Assembly (NCBI GenBank): GCA_965250285.1
Contig: OZ252299.1
Coordinates: 4,000,001 to 4,064,000, forward strand
DNA from: Myxococcota bacterium
Lineage (GTDB): Bacteria > Myxococcota_A > UBA9160 > UBA4427
Reading direction: 5' to 3'
DNA: 64,000 nucleotides
Below are positions 1 through 10,000 of this stretch, in pieces. A model generated the notes under the pieces. It worked only from the letters and a program-made list of their open reading frames with translations. It was not told the origin of the DNA and searched no databases. The translations under genes were made by a program, and so were the position numbers. How positions within the stretch are numbered: the stretch's first letter is position 1; every line of letters starts with the position of its first letter.

Positions 1-1041
1 ACCGAGGCTCGACAGGTGTCCCCGCGATCCCGGGCTCGACGTCGCCGCTTCGCCGAGCAGTCGCTGCACCGGCGACACCGAAGCGCCGCGGTCTGCGTAG
101 AGAAGCCGGGCGAACCAGCCGAGGGTCTCACCGAGCGGACCGCAATTGCTCTCGAGCACGCGGCGCTCTGGCACGACGTGGTGCCCCGACCAGAGGCGAC
201 GCGCCGGATCGACCAGCGCGGCGTCGGTCACGAGCTGGATCGGCCCCGTCGTGCCCGCGACAGCGGCGACGTCGCCCCGCGCGACCGCGCCGGCGCCGAG
301 GAGGCCGCACTGCGTATCACCGCCGCCGACCGCGATGGCGATGCCCGGCGTGAGCCCGAGCGCTTCGGCGACGTCGCCTCGAAGCTCGCCGAGCCATTCC
401 CCCGACTCGCGAATCGGCGGCAGGATGTCGCGCGGCAGCCCCAGCTGCTCGGTCCACGCATCGCTCCAGCTGCGCGAATGGAGGTCGAAGAGCAGCGTCT
501 CGGCCGCCTGACTCGGATCGCTCGCCCGCTCGCCGCAGAGCCAGGTCGCCAGCCAGTCGCTGACCGAGAGCACGTCGGTCACCCGCGCGAAGTCGTCGGG
601 CCGCTCGGCCTTCAGCCACTGCAGCCTCGACGCGGCGTGAATCGGGAGCGGCCACTGCCCCGTCGCCTCGTAGAGCGCCTCACCGTGGCTCATCGCGAGC
701 CCGATCCCGGGGCCGGCGGCGCGCGCGTCGCGGTTGGGCACGGCGAGCACCGCGTCGCCAGCCTCATCGAGCAGCACGTTGCCGAATCGCACGGCGGTCG
801 CGGCGATGCCGATGATCCGACCGGGCGCGACCCCTGCCTGCTCGATCACCTCTCGCGTGGTCGCCGCGAATACGCTCGTGATCGCATCGAGGTCGAGGTC
901 GAAGCCCAAGCCCCCGGTCTCGGGCGCCGTCGCGAATCGCCAGGCGCGCGCGGCCGTCCACGAGCGACCCGACTCGAGGTCGAGCAGCACCGATCGCCCA
1001 CCGCCTCCGCCGAAGTCGAGTCCGATGACGTGGGTGCTCAT
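1..1041 (-). CDS. FGGY-family carbohydrate kinase (xylulokinase/LsrK-like), 3' end runs off window
   Basis: Absent from the ORF track because truncated. Manual translation from ATG 1041 gives MSTHVIGLDFGGGGGRSVLLD (phosphate loop) and later GGGDTQCGLLGAG...AGTT, typical of FGGY kinases. GAGG upstream. Confidence 0.85.
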   Translation of the reverse strand, partial: MSTHVIGLDFGGGGGRSVLLDLESGRSWTAARAWRFATAPETGGLGFDLDLDAITSVFAATTREVIEQAGVAPGRIIGIAATAVRFGNVLLDEAGDAVLAVPNRDARAAGPGIGLAMSHGEALYEATGQWPLPIHAASRLQWLKAERPDDFARVTDVLSVSDWLATWLCGERASDPSQAAETLLFDLHSRSWSDAWTEQLGLPRDILPPIRESGEWLGELRGDVAEALGLTPGIAIAVGGGDTQCGLLGAGAVARGDVAAVAGTTGPIQLVTDAALVDPARRLWSGHHVVPERRVLESNCGPLGETLGWFARLLYADRGASVSPVQRLLGEAATSSPGSRGHLSSLG

Positions 1042-1180
1042 GCTGCGATTCCTCGGCGAGGGTTCGTCTCGCGACGCGCCTGCGCGAGGCTATCGCCGGG
1101 GCGGCTCGCTCGGCCACTCCCGAACGAAAGTCGTTCGCCTGCGACGACACGACCTCGATGTGCGGGAGACGTGGGCGCGT

Positions 1181-4100
1181 TCAGTCGCGCGCCGGTCGCA
1201 AGCAGTCACAGCGCGCGGTGATCGCAGCGAGTGCGCTCGTCGTCGCGCCGGCCGCGGCCCGCTGCTGCAGCGCGCGAATACCGTCGATCTCTGACGCGCG
1301 CTCGGCAAGGAAGGCCTCGACCGCCACGCCGGGCTCATCGCCTCGCTCGAGCACGGCCTCGGTCAGAACGCGGTGCAGATCGAGGACGCCCTGGCGCAGA
1401 TCCGAGAGGATGATGCGATCCCAGTACGACGCCGAAGGCACGAAGGCGAGTCGTTCGTACAGCCAGTTGAGGGCCGCGCCCTCGCCGATGCGGGTGTAGA
1501 TCGGCGCGACGGTGGCCGCCGCCGTGCCCGACGACTCGGCCACGCGAAGGATGTTGAGGCCCCGGTCGACCAGCGGCAGGCACGCGACGCGCTCGGCGAC
1601 CGCCTCGCTCGGACCGCCGGCCTTCAGCTGATCGACGCGCTCGTCGAGTCGGCGCAGCTCGCCCGGCGCGAGGAAGTCGCGTACGCCCTCGAAGAGCGCG
1701 TCGAGGGCGTCGCGCCACTGCGCGACCAGACCTTCGTCGAGCACCGCGCGGTTCGACTTGACGAGGAAGCGCGCCACCATGCGCTTCCCCTCTTCGAGCT
1801 CGATGAGCGCCTCGTACAGCTCCGAACGAGGCGCCGACCAGGCCTCGTTGAGATCGTCGCGCACGGCGTCGGCACGCATGATGTCTTCGGCGAGCACCAG
1901 TGCCGACGCGGTCGTCGCCGCGTCGATCCCGAGCTCGGCCTGGAGCGACGTGAAGAGCGTCGCCCCCCCGACGTCGAGCAGGTGGTTCACGACCCGAAGC
2001 GCCGTGATCTGATCGCGCAGCGAGTGACCGTCGAGCGCGTCGCCCCACTCCTCGCAGAAGCGCTTCGGGAAGTAGCCGCGATAGGTCCCTTCGAGGTAGG
2101 GATCTTCGGGGAAGTCGCCACCGAGCAGCGCCGCCTGTGCCTGGTGCTTCGCCAGCCCCAGGATCACGGCCAGCTCCGGGCGGCAGAGCCCACGCCCTTC
2201 GAGCATCCGCGCGTGCACGGTGTCGGCATCGGGCAGCCCGAGATCGGCGGGATCGAGCCCCGCATGACTGCAGAGCGTCGTGATGGCGCCCGAGAACGCT
2301 TCGGGGTCCTGCTTCGAGCGCAGCTGGTCGAGCGAGATCGACAGCGCCTGCGCGCGGTTGTGCGCCAGCACCGATTCGCATGCTTCGTCGGCGACGTCGA
2401 AGAGCAGCTCGCGTCGCGCTGGCGCATCGAGCTGGCCCGATCGCACCAGCGGCGCCAGGGCGATCTTGTAGTTCACCTCGTGATCCGAGAGGTCGACCCC
2501 CGCGCTGTTGTGGATCGCGTCGGTATCGAGCAGCACCCCCTGCTCGGCCGCCTCGACACGCGCCGCCTGGGTGAGGCCCAGGTTGCCGCCCTCACCGACG
2601 ATGCGCGCACGCAGCTTCGAGGCCTCGACGCGCACGGCGTCATTCGCGCGATCACCGACCTCGCCGTCGGTCTCGTGGGAAGCGCGCACATAGGTGCCGA
2701 TGCCGCCGTTCCAGAGCACGTCGACGTCGAGACGCAGGATCGCGCGGACGACGTCCTGACCGCTCGCCTCGGCCCCCAGGCCGAGACGCCCCTGCAACGG
2801 CTCGGGGATCGGCAGCCTCTTCGCCGAACGCGGCCAGACACCGCCGCCCGTCGACAGCAGGCTCTTGTCGTAGTCGTCCCACGTCGATCGCGGCAGGTCG
2901 AAGAGGCGCTGACGCTCGGCGTGCGAGACGGCCGGATCGGGATCGGGGTCGAGAAAGACGTGGCGATGATCGAAGGCCGCGACCAGCTTCGCCCGGCGCA
3001 TCAGCAGCAGCCCGTTGCCGAAGACGTCGCCCGACATGTCGCCGATGCCCGCGACCTCGTAATCGTGCTGCTCGGGGTCGATGCCGAGCTCGGCGAGATG
3101 ATGTTTGACGCACTCCCAGGCGCCGCGCGCCGTGATGGCGTAGCGCTTGTGGTCGTAGCCCTCGCTGCCGCCCGAGGCGAACGCGTCGCCGAGCCAGAAG
3201 TCACGCGCGAGCGCGATCTCGTTGGCGGTGTCGCTCAGATGGGCCGTGCCCTTGTCGGCCGCGACGACGAGGTACGGGTCATCGCCGTCGAGTCGACGCA
3301 CGCCGGGCGGCGGCCGCACGCCGCCGTCGGGATCGAGGTTGTCGGTGACGTCGAGCAGGCTCGCGATGAAGTGGCGGTACTGGAGATCGGCTTCCTGTCG
3401 CGCCTCGGCGGGCGACTGCCCCTCGCGGCGCAGCACGAAGCCGCCCTTGGCGCCGACGGGCACGATGATCCCGTTCTTCAGCATCTGCGTGCTCATCAGC
3501 CCCAGGATCTCGACGCGCAGATCGTCGTGGCGATCGCTCCACCGCAGCCCCCCGCGCGCGACCGGACCGCCGCGCAGGTGGATCCCCTCGAGATCGGCCG
3601 AGTGCACCCAGATCTCGCGGTGGGGCACCACACCGGTCAGCTCCTCGATCGCCTCCGAGTCGAGCTTCAACACGACGCGATGGGGCGGCGAGGGAGGCGC
3701 GAAGAAGTTCGTGCGCAGCGTCGCCGAGATCAGCCGGTGAAAGCCGTTCAGCGCGCGGTCCTCATTGAGCGACGAGATCCGGTCGCGGTACGCCTCGAAG
3801 TCGGCCTCGAGCTCTTCGGCGCGGCGCTCGCGCACCGCGTCGTCGAGGTCGGGATCGAATCGATTCTCGAACGCGTCGACCAGCATGCGCGCTGCAACGG
3901 GGTTCTCGAGCAGCATGCGAATCAGGTAGGGGCGGGAGAGCACGCCCTGGATCTGCTGGAAGTACTCGACGTAGGCGCGCAGCAGATCGACCTGACGCCA
4001 GTCGAGGCCGGCGCCGAGCACGAGGCCGTTCAGGGCATCGCTCGAGGTCGTGCCGCCGAGCGCCGACTGCAGCGCCGCGCCGAGTCTTGGGCTCAGCTGA

Positions 4101-5977
4101 TCGAGATCTTCCTGGCTGCGCCCGAGCGGCAGCACTCGGAGCGATTCGATCGAAGCTGCGACGCGGTCGCGGGGCGTGACTTCGAAGAGCTGGGCATCGA
4201 GCACGCGCAGCCCGAAGTGGTCGGCGATCGGCAGCACGTCCGAGAGCAGCGGGGTCTCGCTCAGGTACAGACGCAGCGTCGACGTCTCGCGCTCGTCGTC
4301 GCCCTCGTCGAAGTAGAGCGCGGTCTGAGGCTCGCCTGTCGCTGCGAGTCGTTCGAGCCCATCGACGTCGCGCACCGCGTCGCGCGGATCGGTGGCCCGC
4401 TGCAATGCCTCGGGAAAGGCCTGCTCGAAGCGAGCGGCCAGACGAGCGGCTGCGGTCTCGTCGCCGCGGTGACGCAGCGCCTCGTGCAGCCGATCCTCCC
4501 AGGGCGAACACAGCTCACGCACCTCTTCTTCGAGCCGATCGAGGTCGGCACGAATCGTCTCGCCCTCGGCCGCGGTACAGAAGCAGTGCACGATCGCCGC
4601 GCCCTCTTCGACGAACGAGGTGCGATCGTCGATGAAGCGGGCCCCGGTGCGGCGCTCGAGCAGCTCACGCAGACCGACGCGCAGATCTTCGCGGTAGTGC
4701 TCTCGAGGGATCAGGATCGCCGCGTAGAGCAGGCGACCCCGCGGATGTGTGCGCGTGACGAGCTGCACCGACTTCGAAGATGCCGCGGCGACGAGCTCGG
4801 GCAGCAGATCGGCGAGCCGATCGACGTCGGCGCCGACGAGCAGCTCGATCGGCAACGAGTCGAACGCCGTGACGATCGCCTGGTGCGCGTGCGATCCGTA
4901 GGTCAGACCGAGTCGATCGACCAGCTGACGCAGCCGCTCGGAGAGCAGGGGGACCTGCGACCCGGGCGTGCGCAGCACGCGCTTCGTGAACAACCCGACG
5001 AGGATCGCGAAGCCGACGACACGCCCCTGGTCATCGTGCTCCTTTACGAGGATGCGATCGAGGCGCCCCGCCCGGTGGATGCGCGACTCGAGGCGCGACT
5101 TGCTGATCAGGATGATGCGTGTGTCTTCGAGATCCTCGCAGATCTCGTACGGCACCTCCGAGCCACAGAGCGGCTCGACGAGGCGGCTCGACTCGTCGTC
5201 GCGCCACATGCCGAGGCCGGTACCCGGCACGATCTGCACCTCGAGGGCGTCGGGCACGGCGGCGCCCTGCCCCATTCCCTCGATGCCGGTCACGCGATAG
5301 CGCCGCATCCCCACGAAGACGAAGCGGCCGTCGATGATGAAGTCGAGGAAGTTCTGCACGCGCTCGGTGCGGGCGCGGCCGCCCTCGAGCGCAGGCCCGG
5401 CGAACTCGAGATTCGCGCTCAGCTCGCGCACCGCGCGAATCATGCGCCGGTGATCCTGCGTGATCGCGTTGACCCAGGCCATGACCTGGTGCACCGCGTC
5501 GGTGAGTACGGCGAGCTGCCCGCGGTCGTCGGTCGCGATCGCGAACTCGATATAGACGTACGACTCGCGGGACGTCCCGTTGGTCGCGGCCGAGATGTCG
5601 ATCAGACGACCGTTCGCGTCGCGCTCGACCTGCATGATCGGGTGCAGCACGAAGCGCTCGTGCGCGCCGAAGCGCGCGAGGAGCAGCTCGAGGGTATCTA
5701 CGATGAACGAGTGATCGTCCTGCAGCACCTCGAGGATGCCGTGCCCCGGACGATCTTCGGGCTGCGTGACGCGCACCCGCGTCTCGCCCCCCTCGCGCGT
5801 CGAGATCCACTCGAAACCGGCCACGACGAGCCCGGCCAGCGCGCTGGGTCCGAGGGTCGGATGCGACTCGACCCCCTCGAAGAGACGCTCGGCGAAGCGC
5901 TCGAAGACGGCGCGGTCGCCGGCGTCGATGCGGTCGCGAGCTTCAGCGATGACGTTCTGCGCGGCGCCCTCGGACAT
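1181..5977 (-). CDS. gdhB: Large NAD-specific glutamate dehydrogenase (~1600 aa)
   Basis: Motifs RGGPVARGGLRWSDR, IVPVGAKGGF, YLVVAADKGTA, GDAFASGGS, GIGDMSGDVFGNG, GEGGNLG; length typical of the large GDH family. Confidence 0.95.
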   Translation of the reverse strand: MSEGAAQNVIAEARDRIDAGDRAVFERFAERLFEGVESHPTLGPSALAGLVVAGFEWISTREGGETRVRVTQPEDRPGHGILEVLQDDHSFIVDTLELLLARFGAHERFVLHPIMQVERDANGRLIDISAATNGTSRESYVYIEFAIATDDRGQLAVLTDAVHQVMAWVNAITQDHRRMIRAVRELSANLEFAGPALEGGRARTERVQNFLDFIIDGRFVFVGMRRYRVTGIEGMGQGAAVPDALEVQIVPGTGLGMWRDDESSRLVEPLCGSEVPYEICEDLEDTRIILISKSRLESRIHRAGRLDRILVKEHDDQGRVVGFAILVGLFTKRVLRTPGSQVPLLSERLRQLVDRLGLTYGSHAHQAIVTAFDSLPIELLVGADVDRLADLLPELVAAASSKSVQLVTRTHPRGRLLYAAILIPREHYREDLRVGLRELLERRTGARFIDDRTSFVEEGAAIVHCFCTAAEGETIRADLDRLEEEVRELCSPWEDRLHEALRHRGDETAAARLAARFEQAFPEALQRATDPRDAVRDVDGLERLAATGEPQTALYFDEGDDERETSTLRLYLSETPLLSDVLPIADHFGLRVLDAQLFEVTPRDRVAASIESLRVLPLGRSQEDLDQLSPRLGAALQSALGGTTSSDALNGLVLGAGLDWRQVDLLRAYVEYFQQIQGVLSRPYLIRMLLENPVAARMLVDAFENRFDPDLDDAVRERRAEELEADFEAYRDRISSLNEDRALNGFHRLISATLRTNFFAPPSPPHRVVLKLDSEAIEELTGVVPHREIWVHSADLEGIHLRGGPVARGGLRWSDRHDDLRVEILGLMSTQMLKNGIIVPVGAKGGFVLRREGQSPAEARQEADLQYRHFIASLLDVTDNLDPDGGVRPPPGVRRLDGDDPYLVVAADKGTAHLSDTANEIALARDFWLGDAFASGGSEGYDHKRYAITARGAWECVKHHLAELGIDPEQHDYEVAGIGDMSGDVFGNGLLLMRRAKLVAAFDHRHVFLDPDPDPAVSHAERQRLFDLPRSTWDDYDKSLLSTGGGVWPRSAKRLPIPEPLQGRLGLGAEASGQDVVRAILRLDVDVLWNGGIGTYVRASHETDGEVGDRANDAVRVEASKLRARIVGEGGNLGLTQAARVEAAEQGVLLDTDAIHNSAGVDLSDHEVNYKIALAPLVRSGQLDAPARRELLFDVADEACESVLAHNRAQALSISLDQLRSKQDPEAFSGAITTLCSHAGLDPADLGLPDADTVHARMLEGRGLCRPELAVILGLAKHQAQAALLGGDFPEDPYLEGTYRGYFPKRFCEEWGDALDGHSLRDQITALRVVNHLLDVGGATLFTSLQAELGIDAATTASALVLAEDIMRADAVRDDLNEAWSAPRSELYEALIELEEGKRMVARFLVKSNRAVLDEGLVAQWRDALDALFEGVRDFLAPGELRRLDERVDQLKAGGPSEAVAERVACLPLVDRGLNILRVAESSGTAAATVAPIYTRIGEGAALNWLYERLAFVPSASYWDRIILSDLRQGVLDLHRVLTEAVLERGDEPGVAVEAFLAERASEIDGIRALQQRAAAGATTSALAAITARCDCLRPARD

Positions 5978-6120
5978 GCGGCGAAGGGTAGACGATGCGC
6001 GCCGCGGCGCGGCAGGGGGCAGTGAGGAAAGCGCCCCGGCGTGGGCGATCGTCCAGATCGGTCTCGACCCCAGGCCCCTGGGCCGTCGATCGGACGTGCC
6101 CGAATGGATAGAATCGGGAC
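5978..6120. promoter_or_regulatory. Divergent promoter region; both genes look leaderless
   Basis: TAGAAT (6109-6114) lies 6 nt before the MFS ATG; TACCCT (minus, 5990-5985) lies 7 nt before the gdh ATG; no clear SD for either. Confidence 0.5.
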
Positions 6121-7485
6121 ATGTCCGCGCCCACCGAGCCGTCCGCGACGGCCCCGCCCCGAGAAGGTTCGAAGCCGCTCTTCTCGCCCGCCTACCTGCG
6201 ATACGCGCTCGGTCTGCTGACCGTGGTCTACGTCGTCAACTTCGTCGATCGCCAGATCCTGTCGATCCTGTTGCAGTCGATCAAAGTCGACCTCGGGCTC
6301 TCCGACTTTCAGCTCGGCCTGCTCGGTGGCACGGCGTTCGGGATCTTCTACGCCACCCTCGGCGTGCCGATCGCGCGCATCGCCGACTTCTCTTCGCGGA
6401 AGGGCGTGATGACGATCTGTCTCGCGATCTGGAGCCTGATGACCGCCGCTTGCGGTCTGGCCGTCGGCTTCTGGTCGCTCTTGCTCCTGCGCGTTGGGGT
6501 CGGGGTCGGCGAGGCCGGCGGCAGCCCACCGGCTCACTCGATGCTCTCCGACTACTACCCGCCCGAGCGTCGAGCGACCGCGCTCGGCGTCTACTCGCTC
6601 GGCGTGCCGCTCGGCGTGCTCGTCGGCTTCATGGCCGGCGGTTGGCTCGACGACACGCTCGGTTGGCGTACGGCGTTCATGGTCGCCGGGCTCCCCGGCG
6701 TGGGTCTGGCGCTCATCGTGGCGCTCACGTTGCGGGAGCCACCGCGCGGTCACTCCGAACCGGCGGGCGCCAATCTGAGTGCCCCGGTGCCCCCCAGCGC
6801 GAGCGAAGCCGCGCGGTTTCTGTGGCGCAGCCGCTCGTTTCGCCACACTGCGATCGGCTCGGGGCTCTACGCATTCGTCGGCTACTCGACGACCAACTGG
6901 GCGCCCGCCTTCCTCGTGCGCACACACGGCATGTCGTCGACGCAGATCGGGGTTTCCCTCGCGTTGATCATCGGCGTGGGGGGCGCCGTCGGCATCTATC
7001 TCGGCGGTGTGCTGGCCGACCGGTTGGCGGCCGACGACGTCCGCTGGCGCAGCTGGGTGCCGGCGATCGCGACCGCCCTCGCCCTGCCCTTCGGCTTCGT
7101 CGTCTACACGACATCGAACACGATGCTGGCGCTGGCCATGCTCGCACCGCCGACCTTCTTCGGCTTGATGTATCAAGCGCCCGCCCTGGCGCTCGGTCAG
7201 TCGCTCGCGACGCCGGCGATGCGCGCAACGGCCGGGGCGATCCTGCTCTTCGCGATCAACATCATTGGCCTCGCGATGGGGCCCGCGGTCACCGGGCTCG
7301 TCTCGGACGCCCTCGAGCCGCGCTTCGGCGAGCAGTCGCTCGGCTGGGCGATGCTCATCACCTCTCTCGCCTTCGCGTGGTCGTCGCTGCACTTCTTCCT
7401 GGCCTCGCGCACGGTGGCGGACGATCTCGAGTTCGCCCGGGGCGCGACCGAGCGCGAGCTGCGCGGCGAGTCGATCTGGGGCTGA
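6121..7485 (+). CDS. MFS transporter (spinster-like)
   Basis: NFVDRQILSIL, ARIADFSSRKG (motif A), GVGEAGGSPP; about 12 TM helices. Confidence 0.92.
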   Translation: MSAPTEPSATAPPREGSKPLFSPAYLRYALGLLTVVYVVNFVDRQILSILLQSIKVDLGLSDFQLGLLGGTAFGIFYATLGVPIARIADFSSRKGVMTICLAIWSLMTAACGLAVGFWSLLLLRVGVGVGEAGGSPPAHSMLSDYYPPERRATALGVYSLGVPLGVLVGFMAGGWLDDTLGWRTAFMVAGLPGVGLALIVALTLREPPRGHSEPAGANLSAPVPPSASEAARFLWRSRSFRHTAIGSGLYAFVGYSTTNWAPAFLVRTHGMSSTQIGVSLALIIGVGGAVGIYLGGVLADRLAADDVRWRSWVPAIATALALPFGFVVYTTSNTMLALAMLAPPTFFGLMYQAPALALGQSLATPAMRATAGAILLFAINIIGLAMGPAVTGLVSDALEPRFGEQSLGWAMLITSLAFAWSSLHFFLASRTVADDLEFARGATERELRGESIWG

Positions 7486-7520
7486 GCCGAACCCGGCGCC
7501 GCCCGCCGCGACGAAAGGCC

Positions 7521-9008
7521 ATGTTGGACTCGCAGCGCATCCGCACACTCGAGAACGCGGCCCTGGTCGTGTCGCTCATGGCCGTGGCGGCGGCGTGCGT
7601 CAAGTTCTTCGACTACGGCTACGACGACGCCTACATCACCTACCGCTACGCCAAGAACATCGCGGCGGGCCACGGCTTCGTCTACAACCTCGAGCACAAC
7701 TTCCTTGGTACGACGACGCCGCTCTATACGCTGCTGCTCGCGTTCGGCGGTCTGGCGTTCGACATCCCGCGCGTGAGCGCCGCGTTCACGACGCTGAGCC
7801 TGCTCGGCTGCATCGTCCTGGTCGAGGCGATCGGCCGCCGGCATCGCATTCGCTTCGCGGGCCCGCTCGCCGCGCTCACCCTCGCCGCCAGCCTGCCGAT
7901 CTACCGCGTCTGGGGCACCGAGACGATCTTCGTCTACTTCCTGGTGGTGCCGCTCGGCTACTGGCTGCACCTCACGGGGCGCACGCGTGCATCGGCCTTC
8001 GTGCTCGGCCTCGCCGTGCTCGCGCGCATGGACGCCGTGCTCTTCGCGGGCCTGCTCTTCGGCTGGCAGGCGTGGCGCGAGCGGCGCATCCCCTGGCAGG
8101 AGGGCCTCGTCCTCGTCGCCACCCTCACGCCGTGGTTCATCTACTCGCTCGTCGTCTTCGGCGCACCCTTCCCGTCGACTCTCGGCGCCAAGGTCGCGCA
8201 GGGCGAGTCGGGGGGCTGGCCGCTCTTCGTCGAAGGCGGCCTGCGCGACTTCGCCCGCATGGTCGAATACCGCCCGGGCTGGCGTTTCTTCTTCGGCGGC
8301 GTGCTGGCTGCGGGCCTCTACCGCATCGCGACGCGCGAGCCGGTGTGGGCGATCTTCGTCGTGAACGCCGTGCTCTTCACGGTCGCCTATCAGTGGGTGC
8401 TCGGCGTGTCGTTCAGCAAGTGGTACCTGGCGAACCTCTGGGTGACGAACGCGCTGGTGCTCGGCGCCGGCGTGCGCCAGGTATTCGCGTGGTGTGGCCA
8501 GGCCGGCGCAGCGGCGATCGACCGCGGGCTCTCGGGCCCGCAGAGTCGCGCCGTCGCGGGCACCCTCATCGGCGTGATCGTCGTGCTGCTCGGCCTCGCG
8601 CAGGCACAGAAGATCGCCCGCGTCGCCTGGTTCGATACGCGCAGCGTGCGCAGCGATGCCTATACGCGCCTCGGGCTCTGGCTGCGCGATCACACGCCCG
8701 ACGATGCCACCGTCGCCTACTACGAGATCGGCTTCGTCGGCTACTACTCCGAACGCACGATCCTCGATCCAGTCGGGCTGGTGACGCCGGGCGGCCTCGA
8801 GGAGATCCGCCGAGGCAACACGTGGTGGATCTTCGACGTCTACGAGCCCGACTACTACGTGCACCGCACCCACCTCGGGCCGGGTGGTCCGCTCGCCCGC
8901 CCCGGCTTCCTGCAGCAGTACGAAGCCGTGCATCGCCTCGATGAGCCAGGGCGCGGACGCGATCTGATCGTGTATCGGCGGCGCGGGCCCGACGAAGTCG
9001 ACGACTAG
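7521..9008 (+). CDS. Polytopic membrane GT-C-type glycosyltransferase-like protein
   Basis: DDAYITYRYAKN...G.GFVYN...GTTTPLY after the first TM helix, many TMs, C-terminal EIGFVGYYSERTILDPVGLV. The start is ATG 7521 inside the longer 5736 ORF. Confidence 0.7.
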   Translation: MLDSQRIRTLENAALVVSLMAVAAACVKFFDYGYDDAYITYRYAKNIAAGHGFVYNLEHNFLGTTTPLYTLLLAFGGLAFDIPRVSAAFTTLSLLGCIVLVEAIGRRHRIRFAGPLAALTLAASLPIYRVWGTETIFVYFLVVPLGYWLHLTGRTRASAFVLGLAVLARMDAVLFAGLLFGWQAWRERRIPWQEGLVLVATLTPWFIYSLVVFGAPFPSTLGAKVAQGESGGWPLFVEGGLRDFARMVEYRPGWRFFFGGVLAAGLYRIATREPVWAIFVVNAVLFTVAYQWVLGVSFSKWYLANLWVTNALVLGAGVRQVFAWCGQAGAAAIDRGLSGPQSRAVAGTLIGVIVVLLGLAQAQKIARVAWFDTRSVRSDAYTRLGLWLRDHTPDDATVAYYEIGFVGYYSERTILDPVGLVTPGGLEEIRRGNTWWIFDVYEPDYYVHRTHLGPGGPLARPGFLQQYEAVHRLDEPGRGRDLIVYRRRGPDEVDD

Positions 9009-9082
9009 GCGCCCAGGAGGGGCCCGGGCACGACGAGACTGGCTACGCTCTCGGGTCCCACACCCACCCAGGAGAGACGCCC

Positions 9083-9460
9083 TTGCTCGGCTACACCACG
9101 ATCGGCACGAACGACATGGAGCGCGCCGTCGCGTTCTACGACGCCCTGCTCGCGGAGATCGACGTCCGCCAGCTCTTCGGCATGGACCGCATCAAGTTCT
9201 ATGGCACGTCGCCCAACGAGCCGATGATCGCGCTCTGCATCCCGTACGACGAGCAGCCCCAGGAGCGCGGCAACGGCTGGATGATCGCGATCTCGGCCGG
9301 TTCGAAGGAGAACGTGCAGAAGCTCTACGCGAAGGCCATCGAGCTCGGCGCGACCGACGAAGGCCCCCCCGGCGACCGCATCCCCGACGTGTTCTACGGC
9401 GGCTACGTGCGCGACCTCGACGGCAACAAGATCTGCTTCGCCGAGTACAGCTTCGGCTGA
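9083..9460 (+). CDS. VOC/glyoxalase family protein
   Basis: GYTTIGTNDMERAVAFYD...FYGGYVRDLDGNKI; TTG start with GGAG SD. Confidence 0.88.
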   Translation: MLGYTTIGTNDMERAVAFYDALLAEIDVRQLFGMDRIKFYGTSPNEPMIALCIPYDEQPQERGNGWMIAISAGSKENVQKLYAKAIELGATDEGPPGDRIPDVFYGGYVRDLDGNKICFAEYSFG

Positions 9461-9476
9461 GACGGCCCGCGCACCC

Positions 9477-9974
9477 GTGGTCGACAAGGCGCGACTGCTC
9501 GAAGCCTTGCGCGAGGTCGTCGCGGCCGACCGTGAGGCGCTCGAGCGGCGCCAGCGTGATGCGCAGGCCGGTTCGACGCACGCAGAGAGTCGAGCCGAGC
9601 ACGCGAAGGACACGCGGGCGACGGAGCAGAGCTACCTCGCCCGGGGCCTCGCCGAGCGGGTCGAAGACCTCGCGCGGACGGCGGCCGCGCTCGAGACGAT
9701 GGAGCTGCGCGCATTCGGCCCGGGCGACGCGATCGCCGTCACGGCGCTCGTCGTGCTCGAGGTCGACGAAGGCGCGGCCCCTCCGCGGCGCGAATCGTGG
9801 TGGATCGTCGGGGGCGCCGGTGGCATCGATGTCGAGTACGGCGACCTCACGGTGCGGACCGTGACCCCCGTCTCGCCGCTGGGTCGCGGCCTGCTGGGGC
9901 TGCACCTCGGCGACGAGGGCGAGGTGCGCACACCCAAGGGCACCCGGCGCTTCGAAGTGATCGAGGTGTACTGA
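9477..9974 (+). CDS. GreA/GreB-family elongation-factor-like protein
   Basis: N-terminal coiled coil (DTRATEQSYLARG) and C-terminal TPVSPLGRGLLG...GDE...FEVIEV Gre signature. Confidence 0.8.
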   Translation: MVDKARLLEALREVVAADREALERRQRDAQAGSTHAESRAEHAKDTRATEQSYLARGLAERVEDLARTAAALETMELRAFGPGDAIAVTALVVLEVDEGAAPPRRESWWIVGGAGGIDVEYGDLTVRTVTPVSPLGRGLLGLHLGDEGEVRTPKGTRRFEVIEVY

Positions 9975-10000
9975 CCCGCGAAGCCGAAGGAGACAGGACC

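Noticed and set aside
16..1221. 401-aa plus-strand ORF
   Set aside because: Antisense shadow of the truncated FGGY kinase on the minus strand.
1373..6025. 1550-aa plus-strand ORF antisense to gdh, and many other long antisense/alternate-frame ORFs (e.g. 31565-33781, 53916-56900)
   Set aside because: Shadow ORFs expected at high GC: they mirror real genes, are Arg/Ala-rich and have no family motifs.
5736..9008. 1090-aa ORF suggesting an MFS-glycosyltransferase fusion
   Set aside because: The first ~595 codons are an off-frame read through the MFS gene, which has its own stop at 7485; the real protein starts at 7521.
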